64,000 nt of DNA from Malacoraja senta. Its lineage: Eukaryota. Where the stretch lies: positions 16,370,001 through 16,434,000 of the forward strand of contig CM075990.1 in the NCBI GenBank assembly GCA_038087875.1, in the 5' to 3' direction. Positions 28,170 through 42,062 of this stretch are shown in pieces. The position numbers were made by a program, and so were the translations under genes. Each line of letters starts with the position of its first letter. The first letter of the stretch is position 1. The notes beneath the pieces were generated by a model. That model worked only from the letters and a program-made list of their open reading frames with translations. It did no database searches and had not been told where the DNA came from.

Positions 28170-30130
28170 AACCATGTCTTTAGTCAGAAGGTGGTGAATC
28201 TGTAGAATTCTTTGCCTCAGAAGTGGATATTTTTAAGGCAGAGATAAATAGATTCTTGATTAGTATGTCACAGGTCATGGGGAGAAGGCAGGAGAATGGG
28301 GTAAGGAGGAAGAGATAGATCAGCCATGATTGAATGGTGGAGTAAACTTGATGGGCCGAATGGCCTAATTCTGCTCCTATCACTTATAATCTTATGATAT
28401 CTAAGTAAAATGGTGTTCAACAAACCTATAGTAATTGAAATAAAATATTGCCTTAAAAATTCATTGTCAAAGGAAATAAAGTTCTGCAAAGTACTGACTT
28501 AACACAACTAAAATGAAATTTGATTCAAATGGAGAAAATAAAAGGTGCCGTTAACAAAAAATCTTCATTCTTACTAATGTAGAGTTGTGCAGTCTATTTA
28601 TCCATGAGGTAATAAACATCAGGTGAAGTGTTAGCAGATGGAATTTCATCCCAACAAGGTGAAAGAGTGCAGAGAAGATTTAGAAATATTTGAGGATTTG
28701 AAGGCCTGAGCTTTAGGGAATGGTTGGGCTGACTCGGAATTTATTCCTTGGAGCTCAGGAGGATGAATCAAAGTGTTTAAAATCATCAGGGGGAATAACA
28801 AAGGCAAAGGACAAAGGACATTTATTTGTCACGTACACCAATTGGTGTAGTGAAATTTGTCTTGCCATGCAGCACACAGATAAAGATAAGACACAACATT
28901 AAAGAATTTAACAACATAAAAAAACATCCCCCCACAATGGTTCCCATTATGAGGGTAGGCACAAAGTCTAGTCCCCATCCCCTTGTCCACCCATAGTCGG
29001 GCCTATTGAGGCCTCCGCAGTCGCCGCTACGGGGCCCGATGTGTAGATTGGGTGAATGCACAGTCGTTTACCCAGCATAGGGGAATCAGGAACCAGAGGA
29101 CATAGGTTTAAGGTGAGAGGAGAAAGACTTAATAGGAACCCGAGGTACAACTTTATCCACACAATGTGGGTGGGTATATGGAACAAGCTGCCAGAGGAGG
29201 TAGGCAATTGGGACTAGTATTAATGGATCATCTTGGTTGGAACGGGCAAGTTGGGCGGAAAGGCCTGTTCCCGTGTTGTATGACTATACAACTAGCACCT
29301 AAGTGCTAGATGATGGATTTTTTAAATTTTTTTTTTAATTTTTTATAAATTTAATTTAAATTTTAAATTAGAAGTACATTACATTACAACCACATACATT
29401 AGTACTCGTCATTTATATCTTCTTACAATTAATGTACTCCATTTATTTTTTACACTAGAAAAGGAAAAGATTGAAAGAAAGAAGAAAGTGAAGGAAAAAG
29501 TGAAAGTGTAGGAAATGTGACAACATAGATGATGGATTTTGAGAATTACAAATAGGGGTAGAACATATACATTAAATGGTAGGGTGCTAAGGAATCTTGA
29601 TGAACAGGGGGACCTTAGGGTTGAAGTTCATGGCACCATGAAAGTAGCAGCACAGGTCGATAAGGTACTGAAGGAGGAATATGGCATGCTTGCCTTCAAA
29701 GATCTGGGTGTAGAATGTACAAGTGCAGATGTTATGTTGCAACTTTCCAAACACCGAATAATCTAATCGTACAGAGCATTTTATGCAGTAAGGATCACCA
29801 CACTAAAGGTATGATATGATTGCACTGGAGAGTGCTGAGGAAACTTATCAGGATGTCACCTGGATTAGAGGATCTAGTTGTGGGGAGAGATTTGATAGGT
29901 TGGAGTTGTTTACGCTAAGAGGCATAGATTGGATGGAGAGTCAGATTTATTTACCCATGGTAGGGTTATTAAAAACAAGAAGGCATAGGTTTAATGTGGT
30001 TTTAAAGGGATTTCAGAGGAAAGTTTTATTTTTAGACAGCAGTTATCTGGAACATGCTGCTGTTGGAGGTGGTGGAAACGGATACAATCACAACATTGAA
30101 GCAACATTTATTCAGGCACTTAATAGGCAT
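28170..30130 (+). mobile_element. Cluster of degenerate CR1 3' fragments with nested inserts
   Basis: Several copies of CR1 ORF2 C-terminal and 3' UTR sequence (28170-28390, ~28660-29290, 29540-30130). Confidence 0.65.
29322..29525 (-). mobile_element. Short poly(A)-tailed retroinsertion (L1-like 3' UTR) with a 15-bp TSD
   Basis: TSD TAGATGATGGATTTT at 29307-29321 and 29526-29540; T-rich tail. Confidence 0.7.
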
Positions 30131-30135
30131 AGCGA

Positions 30136-30422
30136 TTAGATTTAGTTTTAGTTTAGAGAGACAGCACAGAAACAGGCCCTTTGGCCCGAGTCTGCACCGA
30201 ACAGCGATCCCTGCACACTACGAACAATTTACATTTCCACCAGTCCAATTAACCTACAAACGTGTACGTCTTTGGAGTTCAGGAGGAAACCGAAGATCTT
30301 GGAGAAAAACCACGCAAGTCGCGGGGAGAATGAGAACTCTGTACAATCACCCGTAGTCAGGATCGAATCCAGGTCTCTGGTGCTGTAAGGCAATAGCTTT
30401 ACTGCTGTGCCACCGTGCCACC
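30136..30422 (-). mobile_element. tRNA-derived SINE (HE1/V-SINE-like)
   Basis: Reverse-complement similarity to 4130-4420; (CTAAA)n tail. Confidence 0.72.
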
Positions 30423-30540
30423 CAAGAGGAAATGTATGGACCTAAATCAGGCAAATGGGATTAGTGCAGATGAGCATAGAGGTAGCATAAATGTGGTGGG
30501 CCAAAAGGTGTGTTTCTGTGCTGTACATTTCTATGACTCT

Positions 30541-31127
30541 TTTTTTTTTTAATTTAAATTTATTAATTTATTATTATTTTTTTTTATTACAAGTATTGTA
30601 CAGTACAGTGATCTCCAATAAACATAAAGTTATACTTTTCTTGTACCACTTCTTATTTTAAACTTTAATAAGAAAAAGGATAGAAAGAGTTAGTAAAGAT
30701 AGTAAGTGAGTGATTGAAAGAGTGGTCCAGGAACACCCATATGGACCTAAACCACAAGAAATAGTTAAAGAAAAAGGAAAAACCAAAAGCAGGAAAAAGA
30801 AAAAAGAAAAAGTAAGATAAGATAGGACAAGATAAAAGGGATGTACCTACTTCATATCTTTACTCACCCCTCGCCAGGTCCTGAAACCATTTATTATCAA
30901 CATTTTGTTGCACCCTATATTTGTAATAAGTCGATAAATGTAGACCAAATCTTTTGGAATTGGTCTGGTTTACCTGCTAAGAGGAATCTCATATCTTCTA
31001 GGTGTAACAATTCCGACATATTAGAAATCCACATTTTTGTCGTTGGCGTGGGAGCGTTTTTCCAAAATTTCAGTATACGTTTTTTTGCCGTTATTAAGCC
31101 ATAATTAAGAAAGCTCCTTTGATTCTA
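30541..31127 (-). mobile_element. 5'-truncated L1-clade LINE 3' end with poly(A) and a 14-bp TSD
   Basis: TSD ATTTCTATGACTCT at 30527-30540 and 31128-31141. Encodes the L1-like C-terminus GLITAKKRILKFWK...MW...FQKIWSTFIDLL. Confidence 0.85.
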
Positions 31128-31181
31128 ATTTCTATGACTCTAATGGCAAAAAATACACTTGCATAATCAACTAATCCTCAC

Positions 31182-31284
31182 CAAGTTTATCCATGGAAGT
31201 AATTAAATCAATTGGAACACACGAATCCAGGTCTGCATCTAGGATTCCCAATGGATCCAGCTGAGCCACAGTATGCCCACGGAT
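31182..31284 (-). CDS. OGDHL: OGDHL exon (approx. exon 4), [34 protein letters not shown]
   Basis: 103 nt, ttttgcAG/GTgagg. Contains the DADLD motif described as the Ca2+ site of OGDH-family E1. Confidence 0.93.
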
Positions 31285-33282
31285 CTGCAAAAGGAAATTG
31301 TGGGGTAGGGGTGGAGAAGGAGGCAACCTTTACAATCGTGCAGTTTTACCACTTCAGCAGGTTGAATGGAATCTATACAGCTTAGGTCATTCATGGATCT
31401 CCTAAATCAGAAGTTTAAGGTTTGCCTTCAAACCTATGTGTATTATAAAATTTAAAAGCAACTTTCCACTAAACTACATATATTGCAAATATTGGATTCT
31501 CTGATTCAAGACTAACCCAATGAGACAACAGCACAGAGAATTTGCCATTTTCACACCTCCATACCCACAATCTTCAAACATAATAAAAAGCTCAACAAGA
31601 AATCTAAGCATAAATACTGAACCAGCATGGCAATTGGGATGATTCCTGAGTTACCAGTGGTTGTGAACACACGATTCATGTTGCAAAGTTTCAACAATGG
31701 GGACATACTTTTAACATATGCCAAGCAATTCAGGACATGCCCTGAAGCACCACTATGTTTATAAGGACAACAATTAACCCTGAAACACACTACTATTCCT
31801 GTACTTTTAATATTTAAATACATTTTAAATAGTACTTTAAATAAAACATACAATATTTACAAAATTACACAACAAATTTGATTATGGGCAAAACTAATAA
31901 TAGAATATTTATAATCCAAGAATTTAAAAAAACTTTGATGCTGCATCATTCTTTGAAACTCAATCATTGCAACAACAATCAGCTATATTCAAAAACAATA
32001 TTTGTGCATAGTTAAGGCAAGAAAAATAAACAGCACCGCAAAACTCTCCCCTAGAAATACTCAATTTTAGTAGTCCAATTTATACAGGTGAAGCAAAGGT
32101 TCGATTTACATGATGCATTAAGATATCACGTACACAAAGCTCGTGCTAGTTACTTACTGTTACTGAACAGTTTAATAGTTTACACTTGCTGGATCACATT
32201 TCAACTTAAACATTCAAGGATTAGCAAAAACGGTGGGAAATTTTGCAAATTTAAAATAACTGCTAAATTCCATCATACTTGCAACAACTTCATCTGGTTT
32301 TTAATTTCATTGTATTTAAATAGAATGCATACTTAGCTGTGCCAGTCTACTGCAATTGTGCCTAACAGCTCCAAATCGATTTAATTCAGAATAATTTCAT
32401 GCGCCCATGGATGAACAATGCACCCAATCTGCATATATAACATCTGGTTGGAACCTGAACATCTATACCTCCTTCTCCAACAATGTGGCAACCTCATATA
32501 TATGCAATGCAAACCTCTTGTGCTTTTCAACATTGAAGTTTTAAGGTGTAAGTTGGAAATGTAGAATTGCCTTTGTAGTTCTCCCCAACCGCATACCTAT
32601 TTATATTTTTTAACATTCTCACATTGTAGCATGTTCTAACATTCTTCAAATAAACTTTGCTTGCGACAGAGAATAATATTCTCTGTTGAAGCTAGATGAT
32701 GTTCTCACTGCAGAGTGCTGAGCTAGCAAGCGTGTCAGTTTCAAGCTCGGAGGTGGAGCTGCAGCAGCGTGAATTTAAAAAAAGGAGCCGTTGGGAATAA
32801 ATAAAATAAGTCACTGGGAATAAATAAAGTAGGGATTCAGGATCACGCGAACCACCATCCTCTACCCATTTCACCTACATTCCTTCCTCTGGATTCACAA
32901 TTCACACTTCTTTCCTTATTTCACAGCTTTTGTGTTTTCATCTCTGGCCTTTATCCAAACATCTGATTATCAAAAAAACCCTCACCTGTTTTCACCTATC
33001 ACTTGCCAGGTTTGTTCTGCCCCTCCTCTCTGCCAACTTTTTTGCTGCTTCCTCCACCCACAATCAATCTAAAGAAGGGTTCCAATCCAAAATGTCACCT
33101 ATCCATGTTCTCCATGCTGCCTGACCCGTTGTATTACTCGAGCACTTTGTCTTTTTCTGTAAACTAGCATCTGCAGTACCTTGTTTATGCAAAAACATCA
33201 GTTTTGTTCCATTTTGGCAAGAACTGTCAATTGAGTCCGAGCAATTTGTAAAGCTCAAACATTCAAAACAGAGAAAGCTTAC

Positions 33283-33453
33283 CTGATATGCTCTTATCAA
33301 TGACTGTACCGCGAGATGATCTTCAATCAGTTTCTCAACTTTTGCGGCAGTTTGTGTTCTCCCTTGACTCTGAACTAGAGATTGAAGGGGTGGGCTGTTT
33401 GACGATGTTCCTGGTGCCGTCATATTGGAATTTTTGAAAAATGTATCCCAGGA
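33283..33453 (-). CDS. OGDHL: OGDHL coding exon (approx. human exon 3), SWDTFFKN...EDHLAVQSLIRAYQ
   Basis: 171 nt, cttgtAG acceptor and GTaagc donor, phase 0-0. Conserved SWD..FF and DHLAVQSLIRAYQ. The short linker fits OGDHL better than OGDH (recalled). Confidence 0.92.
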
Positions 33454-34510
33454 CTACAAGAAAAAGTTTTAAAAAATCATGTAAAATACATTTAATATAC
33501 ATTGATACATTTAAAATACATTAAACATGATTGCACTTTAGCTTTTATTTGCATTCCTTCAGAATGCACTACAATCTCTACACCATTCTGCTGTTTTGCA
33601 TTTGTTGTATTTATTGTTATATCTATCATCATGTGTATTGCGCACTCTAAGCTTCACATGAACAAGAAATATCAGTGCACCCTGGTGTATATAACAATAA
33701 ACTAATCTGAACTGTAACTTATTTACACCAAGAAGCGGTGTCCAAGAAAAATTGTTAAATACTTGCAGAAAACAGTTAGCTCCGCTACAATGGAAATATA
33801 TCACATCACCAGCATAATTATCAGGATTCGTAGTTGCCGATCTCAAAACAGAACAATAATCATGCAGCACACTGCCTACAATATTTGTTTTGATGTTAAC
33901 AATCAATGGAACTAATTTACCCAAGAATTCTTCCACTGCAAACCTGTAGCATATCACAATATCAACTTTTGCCAAGAGAAAGGATGACGAGAAACACAAG
34001 TGAGAATAAAGTTGTATACATTTAATTATATCAACTTACAATTAATGAAGACCTGTACATTGATGCAAACCAACAGCACTGCCTCAAATGTCCCTGAACT
34101 CAACAAATTATTATATTTTAAGACTGCAAAGCACCACTGCAATAAAGTACATGGCACATGGCAACAGGTGCCACTGTTATAGCCTGTGTGGTACTTAACA
34201 TGGATGGATTCAGGTAGAACCCCAGGCTGATGATTTAGCACTGCCTGGCTCTTGAGGTACATTCTGATCCTTAACTCAACCTTAAGCAGACTTGCCTAAC
34301 CAAGCTTCCAAATTTTGGAAAAATTCACCTTTATGCATCGTCATCTCTCAAAATCCTGCTAACAAGAACACAGAAGCAGCAGCAGGGGGGAAAATGAGCA
34401 AATTCACCATAGGGCAAACAACAGTGAAAAACACCAAAGGTACAAGATGGGTCCGACACAGTACTGGACAAATAGCCAAACTAGAACCAAAGATGTTTAA
34501 AATACATATA

Positions 34511-34669
34511 GGTAGACAAAAATGCTGGAGAAACTCAGCGGGTGAGGCGGCATCTATGGAGCGAAGGAAATAGGCAATGTTTCGGGCCGAAACCCTTCTG
34601 CCTCACCCACTGAGTTTCTTCAGCATTTTTGTCTACCTTAGATTTTCCAGCGTCTGCAGTTCCTTCTTG
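34511..34669. mobile_element. Fold-back Penelope-derived insert with a partial hammerhead and a 12-bp TSD
   Basis: TSD AAAATACATATA at 34499-34510 and 34670-34681; inverted arms. Confidence 0.8.
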
Positions 34670-35652
34670 AAAATACATATAAGTTGGGGCTATAAATTTG
34701 TTAAATTTGTATGGAGTTGACATTAATTTTAGAATGGGCGTCCAAATGTGGATCAGTAACATGCCATAATCAAACTGAAACTTTGATTTTTGCAACCTTT
34801 TTGTTTAAATATTTCACCCATATGGAACACACTCATTACATGTAATCTTAATCAAACTATCATTCAAAGAACTCAATTTTATTTGCTGTTTAAATTATAT
34901 TTTATTTACCTTTTAAAATGTAATACATTTCCAAATGAAGAGATCTAATTTAGCTGCATTTAGCTGTAGGACCAAGGAGCATACGTTCCCCAGCAATGTG
35001 GTCAACCTTCCTCCAACAACAAAAAACTTACATTTTATGGGTAGGCCACTGCTGCACTGTAATTTTTCAAAAAATACTAAACATTAAATCAAAAGTTACT
35101 TGTAATGTGAAGCTGAAATCAAAATCATAATGGCATAGAACGCCATTTGGCACGCAAGTTCAAAGGAACTCTTTGTATGCAATCCAGTCAGTCCCCCATA
35201 GCTCTGTGAATTGCTTTCTCTCAAGTGCTTTGGCAATTTCTTCTTAAAACCGCTGATTGCCCATTTCCTTACCCCTTTCCACCTCAACTGCATATCCTGA
35301 CCCCTCTCCCCATAACCCCTTGCGCATCCTCAACAATTCTAAATTTAGTTTACATTTGTCCTGATCCTTGAAGCTTTAATTAATATGAATAGCTTCCTAT
35401 TAGTTGCTTTCCAAAATAATCAATTTTGTACAACTCCATCAAATTTCTGGTACCAAGGGAAATGCAATTTTTAAGTCTAACCTTGTGGCTGAAATTCCAC
35501 ATTTCTGGAGTTTTCCCCCAGTTTATCTTTTCTATACTCTCTCTGGAACTTTTACAGCCCTCCAAAGTGTGATGGCATAAACTGGATGCAACATAACCAG
35601 TCTTTTTATAATATTTGGTTTCAACATAATCACATTTCTGCTTTTCATGCCT

Positions 35653-35725
35653 TTTGTAACAAATTTGCCACATTGTAACAAAATTGCCACATTGTAACAA
35701 AATTGCCACATTGTAACAAAATTGC
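35653..35725. repeat. 19-bp tandem repeat (~3.5 copies)
   Basis: TTGTAACAAAATTGCCACA repeated. Confidence 0.85.
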
Positions 35726-36273
35726 ATATTTTTTATGAATCACTTGTCTCACAAATTTAACCTAAAGATTCATGACTTTCAGCGTGTTACATTTCCAAAC
35801 CAGGAGGATCCAACTTTTAATTTTCCCCTTATCAAATGATCATAACATTCAATTCCATCTACTGAACAAGCCTGCTGACATCTCCTCCTCCTCAATCCCA
35901 CTGCCAGACCAAGTATGAATGCCATAACATTCATGACGCTGCTTGAACACGTGAGAAATAATTGTGGTAAGCTTCCAGCAAATTATAATGTTACTTAAAT
36001 ATACACACCTCTTTGTTTGAACATTGAAACAAATCCATAGTATGTTATATATTCTTATCAGTTTATTGAACCAATTTATGTACTTAAACACTTGAAATGA
36101 CACAAAACAAATATCAGATGTGGCAAGTGAAAATAAATAGGCCTGCCTATCTTAAATGTATTGTTTAAAGTTAAAAGAATATACTTATCAGCAGAGAAAG
36201 TAAACAATAAACTGAAAAGCAAATACTGCAATTACTGGAAAAGTGAAAGCAAAAGAAATACTAAGCAAAGATA

Positions 36274-36453
36274 AGGGCCTGTCCCACTTGGGCGTCATTT
36301 GAGAGTCATTTACGCGACATCATTTACGTGTCACCACGCATGACGCACACGTCGTGACGCGCACGTTGTGACGCACATGGTGCTCATTACGCACGCAGTC
36401 ATTTGCGTGCCATCTGCGTGACGTGCAAATGACGCCCAAGTGGGACAGGCCCT
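36274..36453. mobile_element. MITE, PIF/Harbinger-like
   Basis: Perfect 28-bp TIR AGGGCCTGTCCCACTTGGGCGTCATTTG / CAAATGACGCCCAAGTGGGACAGGCCCT. A related end occurs at ~42063. Confidence 0.8.
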
Positions 36454-38889
36454 ATAGACACAAAATGTTGGAGTAACTCAGCGGGACAGGCAGCATCTCT
36501 GGAGAAGGAATTGGGTGACGTTTCGGGTCGAGACCCTTCTTCCAGTCAGCAAGTCAGGCTCCCTCCACGAGCAGAGGAAGATAAGGTTAGAAATTCAGGT
36601 TAATTGTTTGACATGAAACAATGGAGTTAATTCTCTAGCTTCATGGTTAAAGAAAGTTTATAGTATGTGCATGTCATATCTACCTCGCATACACCAATAC
36701 TCCCTACTCTGTACAAACCATTCACAAATATTTCTATTGATTTTCACAATTTGAGCCATTTTATGTACAATAAAAGCCACAGGTTTGCTTTTACCAGAAA
36801 TATATAGAACTATCGGGAAATTAAATGTCCAATAATTAAAGTAGTTGACACCAGCAAAACAGTTAATTGCCACACTCCCTTCAAACTCGTCAGAGTCCTG
36901 ATTCCCACGCTCTCTTTAAATTTGGAGCCTCACAATGTTGATTCAGATACCAACTACAGGAACATTCTGATAAACTGTTATCCGATTGTTCAGAAATTGC
37001 AATGGTTCTGCACCTGACTCTAAGGGCGCTGTTCCTGCGCTCCCTTCAAACCTCCTCGGGGTCTGATTCCTGCAGTCCCAGTTCCCATGGTCTTTAAGGT
37101 CTTAAGGAATAGGAGTAGAATTAGACCATTCAGCCCATCAAGTCTACTCCCCAATTCAATCATGGCTGATCTACCTCTCCCTCCTAACCCCATTCTCCTG
37201 CCTTCTCACTGCAAATGTTATTACACTTCTAAATAATGTCTAAAAAAGGGAACTAAATGTGTTGAAGTATTAATAGGCAAGTATCCAATAATCCAGAAAA
37301 TCTGCCAGTTCAGTACCAACCATGTCCCAAGAATACTGGGATTAAATAATTTTACCCTTATTAGTGCAAGCTAAAACAATGAACATCAGATATCCAAGTA
37401 ATTCTAAATCTATTGAAATGATGGACTAAAGAAACAAACTTCTGGCATTATCCTTCACCAGTTCAAAATTCTGTGCATGCCATTTAAATATCTGCTCGGA
37501 ACACTTGTGATGAAACTTTAAAATGAGAAAAGTACCATTCATCAGCTTGTTCATAATACTAGAAAGCTATCAACCATCAGTATATCAGTGACATACTGTA
37601 CCTTGCAGTTCTGCCCCTGTAACACTTAGCATTGGCAACAGGAGTTCCCAAACGTATGGGTCATCTTATACTGGAACTAGTCCATCTGTGCACTGGCCCA
37701 ACGGCCACACCAACCACTTGAGGCCAAGTGGCACCCAATAATTGAGGCTAGACACAAAATGCTGGGACAAGCACCATTTCTGGAGAGAGGGAATGGGTGA
37801 CGTTTCATGTCGAGACCCTTCTTCAAACAATTCCTCAACAATTGAGGCTCTGTCCAAAGGTTGTCCTCTGATAACTGATGCTGTCAGAGGCCTTTTCATC
37901 ATTTCCTCATGACTTTAATCAGAAACATTTGAAACATTCAAAATAGATTTAGTTAAACAATTATCTGGCATAAATTAATTGAAACTTTTTTTTAAAGCAC
38001 TCAGCATTTAATGAAGATCAGTATATGGGGCCATGCTAGATGCTCAAACCGAGTGTTTCAGTTATTGCAGAATGCCCGTGGACTCAGTAGCAAGAGCACT
38101 AAGTCAGTGCAGTCCATACTTCCACATTGCGGCGTGCAGGCATGGGGGCTCCAAAGATGCTGATTGCAGCTAGCCTGTGGCCTTCTATGGACATGCCAGC
38201 TATCTACCAATATCCATCTACATAGTTGCCACATCACCCACTTATTTCTAACAATCTCCATATTTATTTCAGGTTACCAACATCGTAGTATCTTTCTCAC
38301 ATCTTGCTTTAATCTTATTGCATTTTCAGTTCTGAATCTTGTGCATTATTGATACTTAAATATAATCACAATTATTCATTCTTTGAACAAAATGTGTACA
38401 TTCAAATTGAAAAGAGATATCAAGAAAGTCACAAATGGCAGTGTATAATTTCACTTAAAAATGGTGAAGTTCTGTACATTCAATCCCTGGTTTGCATAGC
38501 CGGATCATGTGGAATATTCCTCATTCAATAATGTTCAAGGTGAAAATGTTCAGGGCAGGCAAATATTGACAGTGAAGCCACATTAACAGAGGCTCCCAAG
38601 CACATGGGTCAAGAGTATTTGAGGCAGGCCTGTACGAAGCTTTTCAAAAAGGGGGGTGGCATGACAGGATTACAAAAAACTTATGTGAAGTGACCGGGGC
38701 CCTCGCGGCCGGGGTTTTAGATGATCTCTATTGCACTCTGAGCCTTATTCTGGAGCATTTTTGCACCAAATTTATGACCAATATTTCAGAAATAATTTTG
38801 GTGGAGTCAAGATTAATAATTGCAGATCTGCCAAGTTTCACCGAGCATTTCCGTATTTCGATGGCTAAAAATCAGTATTTTGTTAGGGA

Positions 38890-39952
38890 AGATTCAAGAT
38901 TCAAGAGAGTTTATTGTCATGTGTCCCTGATAGGACAATGAAATTCTTGCTTTGCTTCAGCACAACAGAACATAGTAGACATGACTACAGAACAGATCAG
39001 TGTGTCCATATATGATTGTATAAATATATACACACATGAATAAATAAATTGATGGTGCAAATAACAGATAATGGGTTATTAATGTTCAGAGTTTTGTCCG
39101 AGCCAAGTTTAATAACCTGATGGCTGTGGGGAAGCAGCTATTCCTGAACCTTGTCGTTGCAGTCTTCAGGCTCCTGTACCTTCTACCTGAAGGTAGCGGG
39201 GAGATGAGTGTGTGGCCAGGATGATGTCGGTCCTTGATGATGCTGCCAACATTTTTGAGGCAGCAACTGCGATAGATCCCCTCGATGGAAGGGAGGTCAG
39301 AGCCGATGATGGACTGGGCCGTGTTTACCACTTTTTGTAGTCTTTTCCTCTCCAGGGCGCTCAAGTTGCCGAACCAAGCCACGATGCAACCGGTCAGCAT
39401 GCTCTCTACTGTGCACCTGTAGAAGTTAGAGAGAGTCCTCCTTGACAAACCGACTCTACGTAATCTTCTCAGGAAGTAGAGGCGCTGATGTGCTTTCTTA
39501 ATAATAGCATCAGTGTTTTCGGACCAGGAAAGATCTTCAGAGATGTGCACACCCAGGAATTTGAAGCTCTTGACCCTTTCAACCATCGACCCGTTGAAAT
39601 AAACGGGACTGTGGGTCCCCATCCTACTCCTTCAAAAGTCCACAATCAGTTCCTTTGTTTTGCTGGTGTTGAGGGCCAGGTTATTGTGCTGGCACCATAT
39701 GGATAGTCGCACGATCTCTCTTCTATACTCTGACTCATCCCCATCAGTGTTACGTCCCACAACAGTGGTGTCGTCAGCGAACTTGATGATGGAGTTTGCA
39801 CTATGACTGGCTAAGCAATCATGAGTATAGAGTGAGTACAGCAGGGGGCTGAGCACGCAGCCTTGAGGTGCTCCCGTGCTGATTGTTATCAAGGCTGACA
39901 CATTTCCACCAATACGAACAGACTGTGGTCTGTGAATGATGAAGTCGAGGAT
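38890..39952 (-). mobile_element. 5'-truncated Rex1/Babar LINE (RT C-terminal half)
   Basis: [41 protein letters not shown]; short-repeat tail at ~38890. Confidence 0.9.
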
Positions 39953-40299
39953 CGGTATTTCTCACTTAAATGCAATGGAACGTACTACACATCAACTGGA
40001 TTTTTGAAAATCAGTGTTTTGCATGCAACCTCATGTATTCTCAAATATCATTATGGAATACTGAAAATCAGTACTACTGAATTGTGAAACCATTTTTGAA
40101 ATGAGAATTTATAATTCTTGATTTTGATTCCATAACTTAAAAATATATAATATACATAAATTTCGCAATTCATCATATAGTTTACCAAACAATCAAACAT
40201 GCTGGCATGATGCTGCATAATAATTCAGGTGCTCCTGGATGTGTATTGCCATTTACCCCTACTACTAATGCAAAGGCATTAGTTGGCCTTACCCTACAT

Positions 40300-40600
40300 G
40301 CCATTCCTGGTTCCACGAATATAGTACCTCAGACCAGTTTATCTAGCATGGCAGTCCTCAGTTTGTTAATGCTGTCAAAGCATGTGTCGTTCCGCAGTAC
40401 ATTGATGTAGGTGGCCCTACTTCTACCTCTTCTTACAGTGCCACGTTTGGTCTCCCGAAGTGTGACTTTATCTTTAATGGCAGTGTTCAGTTCGTTAACG
40501 CTGTCCAAGGCCTGTGTCATTCTGCAGCTAGTACACTGATGTTGGTAGCCCGACTTCTACCTCTTCTTGCAGTGCCCTGTTTGGGTTCCCAAAGTGTGAG
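40300..40600 (-). mobile_element. Degenerate RTE-like LINE 3' fragment with an internal duplication
   Basis: GTVRRGRSRATYINVLRNDT...LRTAMLDK; ~40420-40465 is repeated at ~40553-40598. Confidence 0.55.
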
Positions 40601-40663
40601 GGGATTAGCAGACAGTTCAGGGTTCCTCTCAGACTTTGACAACACTCTTGGCAGACCAGTCAC

Positions 40664-41012
40664 TGCCATTTAGCCATGAATCACATTTTCCAGTTCCATT
40701 TTCCGAGAATGTAACTGTGCAAACCTAGTCACCACTTTGTCCAAGTCATGGGCAAAGTCATAGTGAATGTACATTAAGGCAAGTGCAGACAGCCTGTCAT
40801 TGCTCATGGAAGTCCTGGGTAGTGATGCAGGCGACGGACACTCATGGCACACCTGCATATATTGCCATTTAACCAGAATTCATGTTTTCCAGTTCCATTT
40901 TCCAAGAATGTAACTGCGCAAACCTAGTCACGACTTTGTCCAAATTATGGGCAAAGTCATAGTGAATGTGGATTAAGGTGACTGCAGACAGCTGATTGCA
41001 TGGAAGTCCTGG
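40664..41012 (-). mobile_element. Two direct copies (~150 bp) of a hAT transposase C-terminal fragment
   Basis: RTSMSNDRLSALALMYIH...DLDKVVTRFAQLHSRKMEL at 40664-40817 and 40863-41012. Confidence 0.75.
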
Positions 41013-41071
41013 TCTTTGCTTCTTCGTGGATGAGTAAACGTGTTTGTCCATGTTGGCTGGATCAAAGTAAG

Positions 41072-42062
41072 ATGCCGAGCGAGATCGCACCCACTGCAAG
41101 CATACCGCTCAAGGCGAGCGTCTCTCTGCCGCTCAGGCTCATGACCAAAGGTCCCAGCTACCTCCGCAGTCTAATGGAGGGGGACAGGCGGGGTCGACAG
41201 AGCGCCGTGGTGAGACTGGCTGCCGACAAGGCCAAGTACTTGAAGAGCCAGACGGCGAGAGGGTGCAAAGTGCAGCCCAATGGTTTGGGCAGCTCTGCCC
41301 CCGAGGAAGGCAGCAGCAGCGGCAGCGGGGCCAGCAGCAACATGAAGACTTACCTGGCCTCCAGCAGAGCGGGCAGCTGGTGCTCCCGCCTGACATTGTG
41401 CATCGCTCCAGCTCCAAGAGGCAGCTCAGGCCCGATTCGCTGGTCATGCACCTGCAGAAGTGCGAGTTCATGCGGGGAGCGGCGGCCACCAGCAGCGCCC
41501 GCAGTTTCAAGGGCAGTGGCAGCCTGGTCCTGCGGCTGCTGCCCGGCTCTAGCGGCTGGGGCGACAATCAGCAGGGGCTGGCAACAGGAGCAGCAACGTC
41601 GGAAGGGGGAGAATTAGCAGAGGGTACAGCACACCAGGGTGCACAAGTAACCACACCAGCAGCACCCCAGGGAGAAACAGCAGCCTCGCCAGCAACACCC
41701 CAGAGTGCATAACTACACCAGCAGCACCCAAGGGTGCACAACTAACCACTCCAGCAGCACCCCAGGGAGCACCAGTCACCACACCAGCAGCATCCCAGGG
41801 TGCACAAGTAACCACGCCAGCAGCTCCACGAGAATTTGCAGCAACAGGTCATCCCAAGGAGCCGCTCAAGCGGCAGGTTGATGAAGGTGGATTACGGAGC
41901 TCGCACTCCGACATCAGCTGCCGCTTCTCCCGAGCCTGCTTGGGCTTGGACAGTTTCTTCGAGCACTGCGGACTCGAGCCCGAGGTGATCGAGAACCTGG
42001 CAAGGGAGAAGTTTACCGCCGACGCTGCCTTCAAAAGCCTTGCCCTCAAGTTTCGCAGAGTG
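41072..42062 (+). pseudogene. FAM110-family (FAM110C-like) pseudogene, frameshifted and 3'-truncated
   Basis: Three FAM110 motifs in three frames: PLRLMTKGPSYLR...SAVVRLAADKAKYLKSQ; RQLRPDSLVMHLQKCEFMRG; LRSSHSDISCRFS...DSFFEHCGLEPEVIENLAREKF. Ends at a MITE terminus. Confidence 0.85.
41625..41830. repeat. 33-bp minisatellite inside the FAM110 remnant
   Basis: About 6 copies of ACACCAGCAGCACCCCAGGGTGCACAAGTAACC-like units. Confidence 0.8.

Noticed and set aside
34329..34355. 27-nt AG/GT-bounded segment with a good pyrimidine tract upstream of exon 3
   Set aside because: It has an in-frame TGA when joined to exon 3, and there is no other support.
35482..35650. Minus-strand ORF segment ending ...NFSHK followed by GT, mimicking the ...SVHK end of the missing OGDHL exon 2
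   Set aside because: It lacks YxEEMY/WLENP, and the nucleotides align with a degenerate CR1 ORF2 3' region.
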